This document shows, one piece after another, positions 9,949-19,165 of a DNA stretch of 57,704 bases; position 1 is the first letter of the stretch; the number at the start of each line of letters is the position of its first letter. Origin of the DNA: Candidatus Iainarchaeum sp. GTDB taxonomy: Archaea; Nanobdellota; Nanobdellia; Pacearchaeales; GW2011-AR1. The stretch is taken from the NCBI GenBank assembly GCA_043815085.1, contig JBDRJG010000022.1:1-57704 (forward strand), given 5' to 3'. The position numbers were made by a program, and so were the translations under genes. Below the pieces are notes generated by a model. That model made no database searches and had not been told where the DNA came from. It saw only the letters and a program-made list of their open reading frames with translations.

Positions 9949-10773
9949 ATGAAAATAAACAAAATATTCCTAATTTCGTCTTTAATTTTACTAGCATGTC
10001 TTCCACAAATGTGTGCAATTATAGACATTAAAATAAATATGGAACCAGAGTTTTTTACAGGAGAGGTTATATCTTTTAATTACACAATTAATTCAGATAC
10101 TGGCCAGACAATTAAATATGTTGAAAAGGTTGATTGTCCAAGTGCTCCTCATGCAATATTGGATGTGAAGATGGCAATACTTTCTTCTGGATTGCCTTTA
10201 CTAGGGGAGTATAAATCTCTTAAGGTAACAGATAATATTGCACCCCAGGAATGTACTGCTTATCTCGCAGTTCTTGAACCTGTAGAAAAAATAATTTCAA
10301 AAAACTTTACAATCAATACAAATCCCTCATTTAATTTTAATTTGGTTTTGGATAAGAAAGTTTTTGTGAGGAATCAAGATATTGATATTGATTATCAATC
10401 TGAGGTAAGCAATCCAATCATTGAAGCTAGTTTAACTTTCCCCGATAAATCAACTGAGAATATAAGTTTGCCCTATTTATTTAAAGCAAAACAGATTGGA
10501 ACCTACGAACTGAATATCGTGGCTTTGAAAGAAGGATATAAAACAGTTTCATTGGTTGAGGAATTTGGAGTCATTAAAGAAGATGCCAAGATAGGATATG
10601 TGGATTTTAAAGGGGGGTTTGCTGTTCAAGAGAAAACAAATTTATTTAACAAACCAGGGGAAAGAGATACAATAGGTAAAGTAGTTCGATATGTGATTTA
10701 TTTTTTAGTGGGGATTATTATATTCATAATTGTTTTAGAATTAATAAATAGATTTAGAGATAGGAAGAACTAA
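9949..10773 (+). CDS. Secreted beta-sandwich (Ig/MG-like) protein with C-terminal TM anchor
   Basis: 274-aa ORF starting 2 nt after the giant gene's stop. It has an N-terminal signal peptide, beta-rich repeats and the C-terminal helix VIYFLVGIIIFIIVLELI followed by basic residues. Confidence 0.5.
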   Translation: MKINKIFLISSLILLACLPQMCAIIDIKINMEPEFFTGEVISFNYTINSDTGQTIKYVEKVDCPSAPHAILDVKMAILSSGLPLLGEYKSLKVTDNIAPQECTAYLAVLEPVEKIISKNFTINTNPSFNFNLVLDKKVFVRNQDIDIDYQSEVSNPIIEASLTFPDKSTENISLPYLFKAKQIGTYELNIVALKEGYKTVSLVEEFGVIKEDAKIGYVDFKGGFAVQEKTNLFNKPGERDTIGKVVRYVIYFLVGIIIFIIVLELINRFRDRKN

Positions 10774-10794
10774 TTTTTAGTCTTTATTAAGAAG

Positions 10795-11427
10795 TTATAC
10801 TAAAAGGAAACTATATCCTAATCCAATCAGAGTTACAATTGCTAAGAAGCTCCACAGAACCAAATTGCCGAAGAAAATCTTATTTCCATCCAAATTAGAT
10901 ATTGGAATCATGTTAAAGAATGCAAACCAGATATTCATCTTTGCGAAAAGCACAAATCCTGCCAAATAGCCTGTTACTGCAAGCAATAAATTAACAAAAA
11001 TTCCTGCTGCGGCAATTAATCCTATATGTTCTTCTGTCATTTCTGAAAATGAATATATGCCATGTCTCTTTGCCGCATGATAAACTTTAGCTCTTACATC
11101 AAAAACAAGAGAAGCCATCCAAACAAAGCCATTTAGTGGAAAGAGAAAAATCTTTGAGATTAAGGGGAAAAATGCTCCTGCAGGAAAACCTTTTTGAAGA
11201 CTCTGCCCTCCCTTGTACCCCCACTTTTTAAATTCCCAAATCCCTATATCTATTTCAGATTCAAGAAAATATGCTGTAATTTTCTTTACTGCTGAATTTA
11301 TTAAAATCAAGACAAAAACTCCAAGCAGAGCATAAAGAAAAAGAGTAAAATCCCCCACAAATGTAATTGAAAATGCAATTATAATTGAAGCGACAACAAT
11401 TGCAACAATTTCTTTTCCTTTTATCAT
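10795..11427 (-). CDS. Site-2-protease (M50)-like polytopic membrane protein lacking HExxH
   Basis: 210-aa ORF with the M50 C-terminal motif FNMIPISNLDGNKIF (NxxPxxxLDG). There is no HExxH anywhere in the ORF. Confidence 0.5.
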   Translation of the reverse strand: MIKGKEIVAIVVASIIIAFSITFVGDFTLFLYALLGVFVLILINSAVKKITAYFLESEIDIGIWEFKKWGYKGGQSLQKGFPAGAFFPLISKIFLFPLNGFVWMASLVFDVRAKVYHAAKRHGIYSFSEMTEEHIGLIAAAGIFVNLLLAVTGYLAGFVLFAKMNIWFAFFNMIPISNLDGNKIFFGNLVLWSFLAIVTLIGLGYSFLLV

Positions 11428-11448
11428 GCCTTTTTTAAGAAATATTTT

Positions 11449-11456
11449 TTTATAAA
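11449..11456 (-). promoter_or_regulatory. TATA box TTTATAAA for the S2P-like gene
   Basis: The palindromic box lies 21 nt upstream of the minus-strand ATG at 11427. Confidence 0.45.
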
Positions 11457-11534
11457 TCTTGTTATATTTTGTCTTATTCGAAATACCTTATAGATTATGG
11501 AAAAGTATTTAAATAAACTATGATAGTTTTTAGT

Positions 11535-11807
11535 ATGCAAATAAAAAAAGTTTCAGAGGTTTTAGGAAAAAGAGTATTTACTGATTCCGGAGATTTCTTT
11601 GGTGAAGTTGAAGAGGCAAATCTTCGTGAAAATAAAATTGATGGTTGGAGGATACGGGTTGGAGGAAGCGTCTTGTCTTTAGTTGGGGGGGCAAGAGGAG
11701 TTATAATTCCTCATCAATTTGTTAAGTCAATTAGTGATGTTTTTATAATAACTAAATCAGCTTTGCCAAGCCAAGAACCGGGGTTTGAAGAAGTTTCTGT
11801 AGATTAA
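11535..11807 (+). CDS. PRC-barrel domain protein
   Basis: VLGKRVFTDSGDFFGEVEEANLRENKIDGW is typical of a PRC barrel. Start moved to the ATG at 11535 because the A/T box at 11505-11517 is too close to 11520. Confidence 0.6.
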   Translation: MQIKKVSEVLGKRVFTDSGDFFGEVEEANLRENKIDGWRIRVGGSVLSLVGGARGVIIPHQFVKSISDVFIITKSALPSQEPGFEEVSVD

Positions 11808-11841
11808 TATAAAAAAATAAAAAAGGAGAAAAGAGGTATAG

Positions 11842-12351
11842 ATGGCAGGAAGTTTAATTTTGCAGAGTCCAATTTTAACTAAATTTGTATATCCTTTCTT
11901 TCTAATATTTTTTATACTCTTTGCAATTATTGACAGAACAAAAATATTTGGAGAAGAAAAAAAGACAATTAATGCCTTAGTTTCTTTTGTTATCTCCTTT
12001 ATCTTTGTGAGTGCAATTTTTCCAAAAGAAATAGTAACTAATTTGGTTTTATTTTTAACTATAGCAATAGTTATAGTTTTTATTGTTTTGCTTCTTTGGG
12101 GTTTTATTATGGGGGGAGATGGCCTTAAAATATTTGAAAGTTCTTCAACGGGATTTAAAATATTTATTGGGATTTTAATTGTAATCGCAGTAACTATAGC
12201 TGTAATTTGGGCAGCAGGCATAGATACTCAAGGGTTGATTGGGAAATTATTCAATTCTGACTGGAGCGAATCTTTTTGGACAAATGTTTTGTTTATTGTC
12301 CTTGTTGCAATTGCATTGGCTGTTGTGTTGAAGAGTGGCGGACAGAAATAA
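11842..12351 (+). CDS. Polytopic membrane protein, unknown family (paralogue of 12391-12996)
   Basis: 169-aa ORF with 4-5 TM helices. It shares the motif PFxLIFxxxFxxIxRxxIFGxxxxxxINA with the next gene. Confidence 0.5.
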   Translation: MAGSLILQSPILTKFVYPFFLIFFILFAIIDRTKIFGEEKKTINALVSFVISFIFVSAIFPKEIVTNLVLFLTIAIVIVFIVLLLWGFIMGGDGLKIFESSSTGFKIFIGILIVIAVTIAVIWAAGIDTQGLIGKLFNSDWSESFWTNVLFIVLVAIALAVVLKSGGQK

Positions 12352-12390
12352 TGCGAAACATATTTAAACAATATTTGATAAATATATAGT

Positions 12391-12996
12391 ATGATAGAAG
12401 AATTGATTACATTGGCTTCTTATGGGTACTTTGGTGGAGGAGCAATTGGAGATTTGTTTGCACAATGGGAGGCTGCCGGAGTATTTACTTACATGCTTCC
12501 TTTTCTTTTAATATTTGCCTTGGTTTTTGGGCTTTTAATTAGACTCAATATTTTTGGAACCAAAGAAAATCCAAATAAAGGAATTAATGCAATTATTGCT
12601 CTTGCAGTTGCTTTAATGGCTTTGCAGTTTAATGTTGTCTCTATTTTCTTTGCAGAAATTTTCCCTAGAATGGGAATTGCCCTTTCTATCATCTTGATAA
12701 TATTAATTTTGGGGGGATTATTTATACCAACGAATAAATCAAATAATTGGTTTATGGTAACACTCATAGTAATTGTGTTTGGAATTGTGATTGTTGTTAT
12801 TTATGGTTCAATGAATGCAATGGGGTGGGGATTTTTTAGTGGAGGAGGATTTTCTTATTTCTGGAGGCAGTATGGAGCACTTATAATTTTCCTTGCGATA
12901 GTTGTTGCGGTTATAGCAACCACAACTGTGAAAAAGAATGAGAATCGGCCAGAAGTCGAGAATGTTTTATCTAGATTAATTAGGGGAAGTGATTAA
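12391..12996 (+). CDS. Polytopic membrane protein, unknown family (paralogue of 11842-12351)
   Basis: 201-aa ORF with several TM helices and the same N-terminal motif as the preceding gene. Confidence 0.5.
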   Translation: MIEELITLASYGYFGGGAIGDLFAQWEAAGVFTYMLPFLLIFALVFGLLIRLNIFGTKENPNKGINAIIALAVALMALQFNVVSIFFAEIFPRMGIALSIILIILILGGLFIPTNKSNNWFMVTLIVIVFGIVIVVIYGSMNAMGWGFFSGGGFSYFWRQYGALIIFLAIVVAVIATTTVKKNENRPEVENVLSRLIRGSD

Positions 12997-13008
12997 TTTT
13001 TTTAATTC

Positions 13009-13719
13009 TTAAGATTTTTTCTTTTTTCTATGGGTTGTTTTAGAATGCCTTGTATTTTTTGAATTTATCTCGTGTAGTTTTGGAACTATTTTTTCAAATG
13101 AATCTTGCATCATCTCCATCTCATCCTTTATTGATTCTAGATTTTTTCCATACGAACCGATTTTCTCAATAATAGCTATTTGCAATTTGTCTATAATATT
13201 TTCCATTCGTTTTAATCTTTCATGATTATTGCTTATTTTTGTCTCTGCAAGAGTTGCAAATTCATTTAATGCATCTATTTGTTTACGCTCTTTTTTTATT
13301 TTTTCAGAGAAAACTTGCTCTGCAATTTCAATAAAAGTGTCTGTTTCATAGCCCCCCCCTCCAGATTCTTCATATCCTTGCTGAGGAGAATATTCTTCAT
13401 TATATTGCTCTCCGTATTGAGGAACTTCTGTTTCTTCTATAGCCGGAGGGGCATACAGTTCTTCAGGGCCATTTTCAATTTCCATACTTTTTGGAACATG
13501 TAGAGTTGGAGGAGAGGTTTGGTTTCTTCCTTGAAGATTTTCTTTTATATTTGGTTTTTTTTCTTCCTCTTCGGAATAAATAGCATCTTTTATTTTCATC
13601 TGATTTATAGCATCCTCAATTGCTTTAGGAGTAATTCCTCTTTCTTGCAGTCTGCTGGATATTTCTTTGCTATCCATTCCCTGGTCCTGCAAGCGGCTTA
13701 TCTCCTCTAAAATTCCCAT
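13009..13719 (-). CDS. Coiled-coil protein with N-terminal helical hairpin, acidic/Gly linker and basic tail
   Basis: 236-aa ORF. N-terminus LQDQGMDSKEISSRLQERGITPKAIEDAINQ, long heptad-like C-terminal half, tail HRKKKKS. No confident family. Confidence 0.5.
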   Translation of the reverse strand: MGILEEISRLQDQGMDSKEISSRLQERGITPKAIEDAINQMKIKDAIYSEEEEKKPNIKENLQGRNQTSPPTLHVPKSMEIENGPEELYAPPAIEETEVPQYGEQYNEEYSPQQGYEESGGGGYETDTFIEIAEQVFSEKIKKERKQIDALNEFATLAETKISNNHERLKRMENIIDKLQIAIIEKIGSYGKNLESIKDEMEMMQDSFEKIVPKLHEINSKNTRHSKTTHRKKKKS

Positions 13720-13734
13720 TGATATTATAAGTTT

Positions 13735-14106
13735 TTATTTGTTTTTTAATTTTTCTGCCTTTTTTAATTCTTTTATTTGAAGCAATTCTTTTTTCGTCAC
13801 AAATTCCAATGGCTGAAACATTTTTGCTTGTTTTGAAAGAATCTCTAAATCTTCTTTTTTTGCAAATTTTGAAAATTCACTTGAAGCTGTTTCTAAAAAA
13901 GACTTTAATCTCTCTAAATCTTGCTTTATTTTCTCAATATCTTTTTTTATCTCTAAAAATGTTCTATGAAAATCTTCTTTAAATTCTATCAGGTTTTGTC
14001 CAATTAAAAGAATTCTATCTTTGAGTATTCTCTGCTTCTCCTCCAAATCACGAACTTTGGTGCTTGTTTCAGTAAAATATGAATTTTCATAATCTTGTCC
14101 TTCCAT
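13735..14106 (-). CDS. Small coiled-coil protein, unknown function
   Basis: Start set to the ATG at 14106 (MEGQDYEN...) because an A/T box at 14128-14136 lies 21 nt upstream. The ORF track extends to 14151. Confidence 0.45.
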   Translation of the reverse strand: MEGQDYENSYFTETSTKVRDLEEKQRILKDRILLIGQNLIEFKEDFHRTFLEIKKDIEKIKQDLERLKSFLETASSEFSKFAKKEDLEILSKQAKMFQPLEFVTKKELLQIKELKKAEKLKNK

Positions 14107-14188
14107 AGTATATAAATAGAAAAAGAGTTTAAATTTGTTTGGATTATACAAAATAATTTAAACCACAAATCCTTTTTTTTGAAATGAA

Positions 14189-16507
14189 ATGGAGGTGTTC
14201 TCTCTAAATAGATATAATATGAAATTTGAAAAAGAAGAAGAACTTTACTCTTACGAGGTTAGAAGAGAAGGCGGGGAGGATATCCTTTATATTAATTATT
14301 TGGGGGCCCCTTATGTTCCCAGTTTATCTGAATATCCGGAGGTGATGGAGAGAACAATAGATGCTTTAATTGAAAATCCGAATGTTTCAAGAGTAATTTT
14401 TGTTCAGCAAAAAAATTATAATTATGATTTTAATGAGACAAACTATCTTTTAGAAATTGCACAACTTTATGTCTCTCTTATTAAACAAGAGAGAGTTTTA
14501 TCTCAGGAGAAACTTATAAGTTCAAATCCAGAATTCTTCTCTAGAAGATATAATGAAATATTTTCTTTTTTATATCTCTTAAAAAAGGATCCTCTTGCAG
14601 CTTATGCTGAATTGAAAAAGATAATCATAGAGGAAAAGATTTTTTTAGATAAAGTTGATCCTGTTTTTGAATCAGATCAAAGGAATTATCTTTCTCTTTT
14701 GGAAAAAATTTATGGATTATTCTTTAAGACAAAATTTATGCAAGAAGCACTTTTCTATTTGGAGGACTATAAGAAAGGAGACAGAGAAATTTACTCTAAG
14801 ATTTTTAAGCCAGATGTTATAGCTAATTTTACTTTTACAAGGCTTGTCTCAGATTTACCAACAGATGCAGAAATTATAGATCAATATAAAATTTCTAATG
14901 GGGAATACGATGAATCTTTAGTTACAATTCTAAAAAGAAAAGATGAATTGAAGTTAATATATCATTTAGTTCCTCCAGAAAATATTCTAAACGAGGACCA
15001 TAGCATTTTATTAAATTTGGCGAGAGGAGTTTTAATTGAGCATCAACCAAAAGCAGAAGAATTTACAGATACTGAAAGAATAAGGCAGGTTTTTTTTAAT
15101 ATTTCTCGAGATTTGATAAGAGATTTAGCACAGACAAAAGGAATTAAATTAGATTATTCAGGATTAAATAAATTATCTGCTATTTTGGTTAGGCACACAA
15201 TTGGTTTTGGAATTGTAGAGATTTTACTTCAAGACAAAAATCTCCAGGACATTTTTTTAAATTCGCCTATTTCACAAACAAAGATATTTGTAATGCATCA
15301 AGATTATGATGAATGTTCTACAAATATTTTGCCAAGCCAAGAAGATGCAGATTCTTGGGCCGCAAAATTTAGAATGGTTTCTGGGAGACCTCTAGATGAA
15401 GCGAATCCAATTTTGGATACTCAACTTGAAATAGGAAACTTGAGATCGAGAATCGCGATTATTCAGCAACCCTTGTCTTCAGATGGATTAGCATATGCTA
15501 TAAGGAGACATAGAGAAAATCCCTGGACTTTGCCTCTTTTTGTTCAAAACAAAATGTTAAATCCTTTTACTGCAGGATTAATGAGTTTTCTAATAGATGG
15601 TGCAAGAACTCTTTTAGTTGCCGGAACCAGAAGTTCAGGTAAGACTTCTTTATTGGGAAGTTTAATGTTTGAGATTGTTCCTAAGCACAGAATTATTGTA
15701 ATAGAGGATTCTCTTGAATTGCCTGTTGAATCTCTAAGAAAATTGAATTATAATATACTTCGAATGAAAGTCCGTTCAGCATTGCTAAAGACAACCACAG
15801 AAGTTTCTGCTGAGGATGGAATAAGAACAAGTTTAAGGCTGGGAGATAGTTGTTTAATTATTGGGGAAGTTAGAAGTGTTGAAGCAAAAGCTCTTTATGA
15901 AGCAATGAGGATTGGCGCTTTAGCAAATGTTGTTGCAGGAACGATTCATGGAGCATCTCCCTATGGAGTTTTTGATAGGGTGGTTAATGATTTAGAAGTC
16001 CCAGCAACTAGTTTTAAAGCAACTGATTCAATTATCATTTGCAATCCAATAAAATCTCCAGATGGTTTACATTCCTGGAAAAGAGTGCTTCAGCTTTCAG
16101 AGGTGAGGAAACATTGGAAAAGAGATCCCCTGCTGGAAAAAGGATTTGTAGATTTACTAAAATATAATGTGGAAAAAGATGAACTTGAACCAACAGACGA
16201 TTTAATAAATGGGGATAGCGAGATAATAAAAGATGTTGCAGCGAATGTAAAAGGGTGGGCTGGAAATTGGGATGCAGTTTATGATAATATTCTTTTGAGG
16301 GCGAAATTAAAAAAAGAGATAGTCGAGATTGCTAAAAAAACAGAGGACTATGACCTTCTTGAATCTAAATTTAATACTCTCTCCAATTCTGCTTTTCATA
16401 GGATATCTGAAGAAGTAATTCAGGAAATAGGACTTCCAACAAGCGAACGGGTTTTTCCGCTTTGGCAGGATTGGTTGAATAAAGAAATTAAAAAAAGAAA
16501 AATATAG
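14189..16507 (+). CDS. Type II/IV secretion-superfamily ATPase (archaeal pilus/archaellum assembly ATPase, FlaI/PilB/VirB11-like)
   Basis: 772-aa ORF with Walker A GTRSSGKTS, a downstream IIVIEDSLEL (Walker B-like) and GEVRS, plus a long N-terminal extension. Confidence 0.85.
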   Translation: MEVFSLNRYNMKFEKEEELYSYEVRREGGEDILYINYLGAPYVPSLSEYPEVMERTIDALIENPNVSRVIFVQQKNYNYDFNETNYLLEIAQLYVSLIKQERVLSQEKLISSNPEFFSRRYNEIFSFLYLLKKDPLAAYAELKKIIIEEKIFLDKVDPVFESDQRNYLSLLEKIYGLFFKTKFMQEALFYLEDYKKGDREIYSKIFKPDVIANFTFTRLVSDLPTDAEIIDQYKISNGEYDESLVTILKRKDELKLIYHLVPPENILNEDHSILLNLARGVLIEHQPKAEEFTDTERIRQVFFNISRDLIRDLAQTKGIKLDYSGLNKLSAILVRHTIGFGIVEILLQDKNLQDIFLNSPISQTKIFVMHQDYDECSTNILPSQEDADSWAAKFRMVSGRPLDEANPILDTQLEIGNLRSRIAIIQQPLSSDGLAYAIRRHRENPWTLPLFVQNKMLNPFTAGLMSFLIDGARTLLVAGTRSSGKTSLLGSLMFEIVPKHRIIVIEDSLELPVESLRKLNYNILRMKVRSALLKTTTEVSAEDGIRTSLRLGDSCLIIGEVRSVEAKALYEAMRIGALANVVAGTIHGASPYGVFDRVVNDLEVPATSFKATDSIIICNPIKSPDGLHSWKRVLQLSEVRKHWKRDPLLEKGFVDLLKYNVEKDELEPTDDLINGDSEIIKDVAANVKGWAGNWDAVYDNILLRAKLKKEIVEIAKKTEDYDLLESKFNTLSNSAFHRISEEVIQEIGLPTSERVFPLWQDWLNKEIKKRKI

Positions 16508-16620
16508 TGTTTTTTATTTGTCTGTAAAATAAATTTGCTAAGCAAGAGGAAGATTTAAGATTTTTAGCAATTCTCCAAAGATTTATTAATTAATTTTAAT
16601 TGTTTTCTTTAGAGGTGAAT

Positions 16621-18801
16621 ATGCCAAACAATAGGAAACCGGATGTGAAAGATATTCTAAGGAAGTATGGGAGCAAACTCGAAGGGCAGATAAAAACAAC
16701 TGATCTTGGAGTTATGAAAGAAAGCAAATCTTATTTAAAATTTAAAGAGGAGAGAGCAAGAGAATTAAGTAGTTTTGAGAGATGGTGTAAAACTCTTGGC
16801 AATGCAATAAAAATAAAGGTATCAAAGAAGGATGAAGATAAAATAAGAAGAGCAATAGAAATAGCTCATCTTGATATTGAACCAGCAGAGGCATTGACTT
16901 TAAGTGTTATGACTTTTATTTCTGTTTTCTTCTTGGGAATTTTCTTGTCTGTTGCATTTGTTTTAATAAAAGAAGGAGGACTTGAGAATTTTCCTACTCT
17001 ATTTTTTCTTTTAACAACAATTGTAGCAACTTTTCTTTTTTATTATATTAATAGTTATCCTGAAAGATTAGCAAATAAATGGAGATTGAAAGCTTCTAGT
17101 CAGATGGTTCCTGCAATTTTATATGTTGTTGTTTACATGAGGCATACATCAAATTTAGAAAAAGCAATAGCATTTGCTTCAGAACATTTATCATACCCCC
17201 TTGCACTTGATTTCAAAAAAGTTTTTTACAATGTTGAAATTGGGAAATTCTCTACAATTAAAGAGAGTCTTGATAATTATCTTGAGGTATGGAAAGATTA
17301 TTCAATAGAATTTGTAGAAGCATTTCATCTCATTGAAAGCAGTTTGTTTGAACCAGACAAAGGAAGAAGAATTGCTACTCTTGAAAAATCTCTACAAGTT
17401 GTTCTTGACGGAGTTTATGATAAAATGCTTAAATTCACCCACGATGTTAAGTCCCCCCTCACAAACGTTTACATGCTCGCCATTATGCTTCCTATTCTTG
17501 GAATTGCATTGATTCCTCTCGCATCTGCTATGATGGATGGCATGATAAAGGGGATGCATCTTTTTATTTTTTATAATATGATTATTCCTTTTATTGCATT
17601 TTTTATGATGGATAAAATTTTGCTTTTAAGGCCTGGAGGATACGGTGAAACTTCCTATCTTGAAAAGAATCCACTCTATCCACAATATAAATCAAATGCA
17701 CCTTATCTCGCAGCATTTCTTATTTGTCTTCCTTTGTTTATATTGGGATTATTACCCCTAATTTTTCAATTCACACCAATTCCTGAATTGATTGGTTTGC
17801 AAAAAGATTATACTTTCGGGCAACTTGGATTAGGCTTTTTTGAACAAATTTCTGATGTTTATATTTTTGATTTTAGACAAACAGCAACAGGAATAGTTGG
17901 ACCTTTTGGCCCTCTCGCATTGTTCTTAAGTTTGCTTTTTCCTCTTGGTTTGGCTCTGTTTTTTTCAATACCATTTAAAGATAAAACAATTAATCTAATT
18001 GAAGAAAGAAATAAAACCAAACAATTGGAAACTGAATTTAATAATTCTTTATTTCAATTAGGAAATAGATTGGGAAATGGAATTCCTCCTGAACTTGTAT
18101 TTGGGAAAATTGCAGAGTCTTCAAAGGGATTAATTTCTGGAGATTTTTTCAGCAGAGTGAACTATAATATTCAGCAAATGGGAATGAGTGTGGAAAAAGC
18201 AATTTTTGATTCCAGAAGAGGCACACTTCTTTATTATCCTTCAGATTTGATTGCAACAAGCATGAGAGTTCTTATAGAGTCGTCAAAAAAAGGATTAAAA
18301 ATTGCTGCAGTAAGTTTGATGAGCATATCCGAGTATATAAAAAATATACAGAAGATAACTCTAAGACTAAAGGATATGCTTGCAGAAGTTGTTTCTGAAA
18401 TGAAAAGCAATATGACTTTCCTCGCACCATTACTTTCTGGAATTGTCATAGGGCTTGCATTGATGATTACCTCAATTTTATCTAAATTGGATTTGTCTAA
18501 GTTGACAGGAGCAGGGGTATCTAACTTTGGATTTTTGGAAAAGATGGGGGAAATATTCCCCTTGGAAAAAATGATTCCCCCTTATTACCTGCAACTTTCA
18601 ATTGGAATCTATTTAATACAAGTAATTTTTATTTTAACAGGGACTTTGGTTACAATAGATTCGGGAGAGGATAAGCTTGAAAAAACGAGCAAAATAGGAG
18701 AGAATCTCAAAAAAGGAATGGTGTTTTATTTTATTACAGCACTAATCGCATCCCTGGCATTGTTTATTCTAGTTTCATTTGTACTCGGTAACCTCGTTTA
18801 G
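16621..18801 (+). CDS. Polytopic platform protein (FlaJ/TadC/PilC-like)
   Basis: 727 aa from the ATG at 16621, preceded by GAGGTGA at 16612-16618. Many TM helices flank two soluble helical blocks, and it lies directly downstream of the ATPase. Confidence 0.7.
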   Translation: MPNNRKPDVKDILRKYGSKLEGQIKTTDLGVMKESKSYLKFKEERARELSSFERWCKTLGNAIKIKVSKKDEDKIRRAIEIAHLDIEPAEALTLSVMTFISVFFLGIFLSVAFVLIKEGGLENFPTLFFLLTTIVATFLFYYINSYPERLANKWRLKASSQMVPAILYVVVYMRHTSNLEKAIAFASEHLSYPLALDFKKVFYNVEIGKFSTIKESLDNYLEVWKDYSIEFVEAFHLIESSLFEPDKGRRIATLEKSLQVVLDGVYDKMLKFTHDVKSPLTNVYMLAIMLPILGIALIPLASAMMDGMIKGMHLFIFYNMIIPFIAFFMMDKILLLRPGGYGETSYLEKNPLYPQYKSNAPYLAAFLICLPLFILGLLPLIFQFTPIPELIGLQKDYTFGQLGLGFFEQISDVYIFDFRQTATGIVGPFGPLALFLSLLFPLGLALFFSIPFKDKTINLIEERNKTKQLETEFNNSLFQLGNRLGNGIPPELVFGKIAESSKGLISGDFFSRVNYNIQQMGMSVEKAIFDSRRGTLLYYPSDLIATSMRVLIESSKKGLKIAAVSLMSISEYIKNIQKITLRLKDMLAEVVSEMKSNMTFLAPLLSGIVIGLALMITSILSKLDLSKLTGAGVSNFGFLEKMGEIFPLEKMIPPYYLQLSIGIYLIQVIFILTGTLVTIDSGEDKLEKTSKIGENLKKGMVFYFITALIASLALFILVSFVLGNLV

Positions 18802-18835
18802 TAAATTTTATTAATGGTATTCTACTGGATAAATT

Positions 18836-19000
18836 ATGAAAAAGAGGCTTTTATTCAAAAAAGGAATTGTAATGGATTATCTTCCATGGATAATAATTGC
18901 AGTTTTGGTTCTGGTAATTGTTTTGATATCTATTTTTTTTATGAGTGAAAAAGGGAATTCTTTTATTGATCAAATTAAAAATTTATTTAGGAGAAGTTAA
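18836..19000 (+). CDS. 54-aa prepilin-like microprotein (not in ORF track)
   Basis: Hand translation: MKKRLLFKKGIVMDYLPWIIIAVLVLVIVLISIFFMSEKGNSFIDQIKNLFRRS. It has a basic N-terminus ending KKG, then a hydrophobic helix. Confidence 0.4.
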   Translation: MKKRLLFKKGIVMDYLPWIIIAVLVLVIVLISIFFMSEKGNSFIDQIKNLFRRS

Positions 19001-19165
19001 ATGGAAATTACTATTGGAAATGTAATTAAAATAATTTTAGGAATTCTGGTCATTGTTGCAGTTGCTTATGGGCTGTACCGCTTTTTTAGTGATTCTGTGA
19101 TAGATTTATTTAAAAATATTGGGGTAAATACTTCGGTTAAATGTTTTCTTGGATTATTAACATGA
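19001..19165 (+). CDS. 54-aa single-TM microprotein (not in ORF track)
   Basis: The ATG directly abuts the previous TAA. Sequence MEITIGNVIKIILGILVIVAVAYGLYRFFSDSVIDLFKNIGVNTSVKCFLGLLT. Its stop overlaps the next ATG (ATGA at 19162-19165). Confidence 0.35.
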   Translation: MEITIGNVIKIILGILVIVAVAYGLYRFFSDSVIDLFKNIGVNTSVKCFLGLLT

